A stretch of 64,000 nt of DNA from an uncultured Pelagibacteraceae bacterium (lineage in GTDB: Bacteria; Pseudomonadota; Alphaproteobacteria; Pelagibacterales; Pelagibacteraceae), in assembly GCA_902588635.1 (NCBI GenBank), contig CACIPW010000002.1, positions 28,306 to 92,305 of the forward strand, read 5' to 3'. The stretch's first letter is position 1, and the number at the start of each line of letters is the position of its first letter. Below the pieces are notes generated by a model. It saw nothing but the letters and a program-made list of their open reading frames with translations. It was not told the origin of the DNA and ran no database searches. Of the stretch, positions 60,233 through 64,000 are shown piece by piece. Both the position numbers and the translations under genes were made by a program.

Positions 60233-61234
60233 ATGTTTGATTACTTAAACATAATTTTTTTAGAAACATATAAAATTCTATTCTTGCTAGTGCCAGTTTT
60301 AGTTTCAGTTGCAATGATAGTTTGGTTAGATAGAAGAGTTTGGGCTTTTGTACAAAAAAGACGTGGCCCAAATGTTGTTGGACCCTTTGGTTTGTTTCAA
60401 TCATTAGCCGATGCATTAAAATATTTATTTAAGGAAATAATAATACCAGCAAGCGCAAATAAAATTATATTTATACTTGCGCCAATCATAACAATGACAC
60501 TTGCATTAATTGGTTGGGCAGTAATTCCTTTTGGTGAAAATTTTGTTGTTGCAGACATTAATGTAGGTATTCTTTATTTATTTGCCGTTTCCTCTTTAAG
60601 TGTTTATGGAATTATTATGGGAGGATGGGCCTCAAATTCAAAATATCCATTTCTAGGAGCAATTAGATCTGCTGCACAAATGGTTTCTTACGAAGTTTCT
60701 ATAGGTGTAATAATAATAAATGTATTGTTATGTGCAGGTTCGCTTAATTTAAAAGATATAGTTATAGCTCAAGAAAATATGTGGTTCATAATTCCATTAT
60801 TTCCAATGTTTGTCATTTTTTTTATTTCAGCTTTAGCAGAAACTAATAGACCACCTTTTGATTTACCTGAAGCTGAAGCAGAATTGGTTGCAGGTTATCA
60901 AACAGAATATTCAGGGATGATGTATGCAATGTTTTGGTTAGGAGAATATGCAAATATATTATTAATGTGTGCTCTAGGCTCAATTTTATTTTTAGGAGGT
61001 TGGCTTGCTCCAATAGAAATTTTTCCTTTTAATTTTATTCCAGATTTTGTTTGGTTGATATTTAAAATATTATTTTTATTTATTTTGTTTGCATTAGTTA
61101 AAGCTATAGTTCCAAGGTATAGATACGACCAACTAATGAAACTAGGTTGGAAAATTTTTCTACCAATGTCACTAATATGGGTTGTCCTTACAGCTTCATA
61201 TTTATTTTATTTTAATTTATTGCCAGGAAACTAA
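60233..61234 (+). CDS. nuoH: NADH-quinone oxidoreductase subunit H
   Basis: [29 protein letters not shown]. Confidence 0.97.
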   Translation: MFDYLNIIFLETYKILFLLVPVLVSVAMIVWLDRRVWAFVQKRRGPNVVGPFGLFQSLADALKYLFKEIIIPASANKIIFILAPIITMTLALIGWAVIPFGENFVVADINVGILYLFAVSSLSVYGIIMGGWASNSKYPFLGAIRSAAQMVSYEVSIGVIIINVLLCAGSLNLKDIVIAQENMWFIIPLFPMFVIFFISALAETNRPPFDLPEAEAELVAGYQTEYSGMMYAMFWLGEYANILLMCALGSILFLGGWLAPIEIFPFNFIPDFVWLIFKILFLFILFALVKAIVPRYRYDQLMKLGWKIFLPMSLIWVVLTASYLFYFNLLPGN

Positions 61235-61236
61235 TT

Positions 61237-61722
61237 ATGAAAATTTCAAGATTTTTTAAAACAATATTGTTATTAGATTTTTTGGGTGGTTTGTTAATTG
61301 CTTTAAAAGAAATTTTTAAAGAAAAAAAAACAATAAACTATCCTTTTGAAAAAGGCAAAGTAAGCCCGAGATTTAGAGGAGAGCATGCTTTAAGGAGATA
61401 TCCCAATGGTGAGGAAAGATGCATAGCATGTAAATTATGTGAAGCAGTTTGTCCAGCTCAAGCAATAACAATTGAGTCTGCAGAGAGAAGCGACGGAAGT
61501 CGTAAAACTACTAGGTACGATATTGATATGATGAAATGTATTTATTGTGGTCTTTGCGAAGAGTCATGCCCTGTTGATGCTATTGTACAAGGTCCAAATT
61601 TTGAATTTGCGACAGAAACTAGAGAAGAGCTTTATTATAATAAAGAAAAATTACTTGATAATGGTGACAGATGGGAAAGTATTTTAGCAGCCAATATCAA
61701 AGCAGATAGCCCTTACAGATAA
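61237..61722 (+). CDS. nuoI: NADH-quinone oxidoreductase subunit I
   Basis: [12 protein letters not shown] and [12 protein letters not shown]. Confidence 0.98.
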   Translation: MKISRFFKTILLLDFLGGLLIALKEIFKEKKTINYPFEKGKVSPRFRGEHALRRYPNGEERCIACKLCEAVCPAQAITIESAERSDGSRKTTRYDIDMMKCIYCGLCEESCPVDAIVQGPNFEFATETREELYYNKEKLLDNGDRWESILAANIKADSPYR

Positions 61723-61727
61723 TAATT

Positions 61728-62360
61728 ATGTTAGTGCACACATTATTTTTTTACATTTTTTCTTTTATTGCGATCTTATCAGCAATAATGGTTACCGTAT
61801 CCAAAAATACTGTACATTCGGTACTCTTTTTAATTTTAGATTTTATAACTATTTCATGTTTATTTATAATGATAGGCGCAGAATTTCTTGGCATGATTAT
61901 GCTGATTGTTTATGTAGGTGCGGTTGCTGTTCTATTTCTTTTTGTAGTTATGATGCTTAATGTAGCTCAACAAAAAAAAGAATGGTTCAGCTCAAATGAA
62001 AGCTCAAAGCATATTCCTGTAGGAGTGCTAATAAGTATAATTATATTTTTTGAATTAACGGTTGTTATTGGTGGGTGGAAATTTAAACCAGACATAGTTT
62101 CCCCAATGTCTTTACCGTTAAATTTAGATATTACTAATACACACTCAATTGGGAGTGTTTTGTATACAGATTATATACATCTGTTTCAACTAAGTGGCAT
62201 GATTTTACTAGTTGCAATGGTTGGGGCAATTGTACTTACTTTTAGAGAAAGATCAGGTTTAAAAAGACAGAGTTATTTTGCACAAATCTCTAGAGAAAGA
62301 TCCGATAGCGTCAAATTAATGGATGTACCAAGTAAAAAAGGAGTTGATATAGATGGTTGA
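61728..62360 (+). CDS. nuoJ: NADH-quinone oxidoreductase subunit J
   Basis: [17 protein letters not shown]. Confidence 0.96.
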   Translation: MLVHTLFFYIFSFIAILSAIMVTVSKNTVHSVLFLILDFITISCLFIMIGAEFLGMIMLIVYVGAVAVLFLFVVMMLNVAQQKKEWFSSNESSKHIPVGVLISIIIFFELTVVIGGWKFKPDIVSPMSLPLNLDITNTHSIGSVLYTDYIHLFQLSGMILLVAMVGAIVLTFRERSGLKRQSYFAQISRERSDSVKLMDVPSKKGVDIDG

Positions 62361-62664
62361 AGTAGGATTAGGTCATTATTTAACTCTAGGGGCAATAATT
62401 TTTTCAATTGGAATAGCTGGAATTTTTTTAAATAGAAAAAATGTTATTGTTATACTGATGAGTATTGAGTTAATTTTATTAGCTGTAAATATTAATTTAG
62501 TTTCATTTTCGATCTTTTTAAACGATATAACCGGGCAAATTTTTACTTTATTTATTTTAACTGTAGCGGCTGCAGAAGCCGCAATAGGATTAGCTATAAT
62601 AGTTGTTTATTATCGAAATACTTCAACCATCGATGTTGAAAAAATACAAAGCTTGAAAGGCTAA
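62353..62664 (+). CDS. nuoK: NADH-quinone oxidoreductase subunit K
   Basis: [17 protein letters not shown]. Confidence 0.97.
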   Translation: MVEVGLGHYLTLGAIIFSIGIAGIFLNRKNVIVILMSIELILLAVNINLVSFSIFLNDITGQIFTLFILTVAAAEAAIGLAIIVVYYRNTSTIDVEKIQSLKG

Positions 62665-62665
62665 A

Positions 62666-64000
62666 ATGGAAATTTTAATTTTATTTCTTCCACTTGCAGC
62701 ATCAATTATTTCAGGTTTTTTTGGTAAATATATAGGAGATAGAAATTCCGAGATTGTTACAAGTTTATTTGTATTGGCATCAGCATTTTTATCAATATTA
62801 ATATTTTACAATGTAATAATAAATGGATACGAAAATAATATTATTATTGCATCTTGGATAAACTCAGGAACATTAAATGTAAATTGGTCTATAAAAATAG
62901 ATCCATTATCCTCAGTAATGTTAGTTGTTGTAACGGTAATTTCAGCACTTGTTCATATATATTCTATTGGCTATATGTCTCACGATCCACATAAACCAAG
63001 GTTTATGGCTTACTTATCTTTATTTACTTTTGCTATGTTAACTTTAGTAACTGCGGATAACTTCCTTCAATTATTTTTTGGATGGGAAGGGGTGGGACTT
63101 TGTTCATATTTTTTAATAGGTTTTTGGTTTAAAAAAGACACTGCCAATGCAGCAGCAATCAAAGCTTTTTTAGTTAATAGAGTTGGGGATTTCGGGTTTG
63201 CGCTTGGAATTTTTTTAATTTTTTATTTATTTGGAACACTTAATTACGATGAAGTTTTTCTTAAAATACCCGAACTTGTAAATAAAGAAATTTCATTATT
63301 GAATAATTCTCCACCTTTTGCATTTTTAGGCACAGCAGTTAAATCTATAGATTTAATCTGTCTACTTTTATTTGTCGGTGCTATGGGAAAATCTGCACAG
63401 ATTTTTTTGCACACATGGTTGCCTGATGCCATGGAAGGACCAACTCCAGTTTCTGCATTAATACATGCCGCAACAATGGTAACAGCTGGAGTTTTTTTAG
63501 TTGTAAGATGTTCTCCAATTTTTGAATATTCTGTTTTAGCTTTAAATGTGGTTACAATAATTGGTATGTCTACAGCTTTTTTTGCAGCTACAGTCGCTCT
63601 TGTTCAAACAGATATAAAAAAAATAATCGCTTACTCTACGTGTAGCCAGCTAGGTTACATGTTTTTTGCTGCAGGAGTAGGGGCATATAATGTTGCGATG
63701 TTTCATTTATTTACTCATGCCTTTTTCAAAGCATTATTATTTTTAGGTGCGGGATCAGTAATTCACGCTTTTAACAATGAACAAAATATTAACAAAATGG
63801 GGTCTGTCTGGAAAAAAATTCCTTACACTTGGACAATGATGATTGTTGGAACTTTAGCATTAACTGGTTTTCCTTTTTTATCAGGCTTTTTCTCAAAAGA
63901 TGCAATAATAGAATTTGCATATTTAAAAGGAAATACTACAGGAATTTTAGCTGCATATGTTGGAATTTTTACTGCATTTTTAACCGCAATATATTCTTGG
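62666..64000 (+). CDS. nuoL: NADH-quinone oxidoreductase subunit L, 3'-truncated by the window edge
   Basis: ATG at 62666 (MEILILFLPL); GWEGVGLCSY, NRVGDFG, GKSAQ..LHTWLPDAMEGPTPVSALIHAATMV, HAFFKALLF. Confidence 0.96.
   Translation, partial: MEILILFLPLAASIISGFFGKYIGDRNSEIVTSLFVLASAFLSILIFYNVIINGYENNIIIASWINSGTLNVNWSIKIDPLSSVMLVVVTVISALVHIYSIGYMSHDPHKPRFMAYLSLFTFAMLTLVTADNFLQLFFGWEGVGLCSYFLIGFWFKKDTANAAAIKAFLVNRVGDFGFALGIFLIFYLFGTLNYDEVFLKIPELVNKEISLLNNSPPFAFLGTAVKSIDLICLLLFVGAMGKSAQIFLHTWLPDAMEGPTPVSALIHAATMVTAGVFLVVRCSPIFEYSVLALNVVTIIGMSTAFFAATVALVQTDIKKIIAYSTCSQLGYMFFAAGVGAYNVAMFHLFTHAFFKALLFLGAGSVIHAFNNEQNINKMGSVWKKIPYTWTMMIVGTLALTGFPFLSGFFSKDAIIEFAYLKGNTTGILAAYVGIFTAFLTAIYSW

Overview
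A very AT-rich, gene-dense alphaproteobacterial window with tiny intergenic spacers. Gene content and style point to Pelagibacterales (SAR11); this is an inference. The right third is core genome: tRNA-Leu, tig-clpP-clpX-lon, tRNA-Val, tRNA-Asp and nuoA-L. The left two thirds contain ETF-QO, hisI, folE, acuI and a VtlR/LsrB-like LysR regulator. They also hold a Fur-boxed Fe(III) ABC transporter (sfu-type), a riboswitch-led ThiV-like symporter, rseP, HU, cysQ, mnmA and a metC-MFS-pabBAC-like operon. A large organosulfonate/sulfite cluster follows (aprMBA, TauE exporter, suyAB, xsc, an HpsO-like SDR, and a GMC oxidoreductase divergent from a TRAP transporter), plus an sxtJ-sxtK-carbamoyltransferase cassette. 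The most interesting signals are: (1) a TPP-riboswitch-like RNA with an intact pyrimidine-sensing arm but a collapsed pyrophosphate-sensing arm; (2) a small CxxCxxxC protein and a GC-rich two-stem RNA inserted between the iron-binding-protein gene and the permease; (3) an unannotated 27-aa K/R-rich peptide with a good RBS; (4) NrdR-like palindromes with DnaA-like boxes upstream of HU and clpX; (5) the integrated desulfonation/sulfite-oxidation cluster. No CRISPR, rRNA, integrase or transposase was seen. All family assignments come from motif recognition, not database searches.
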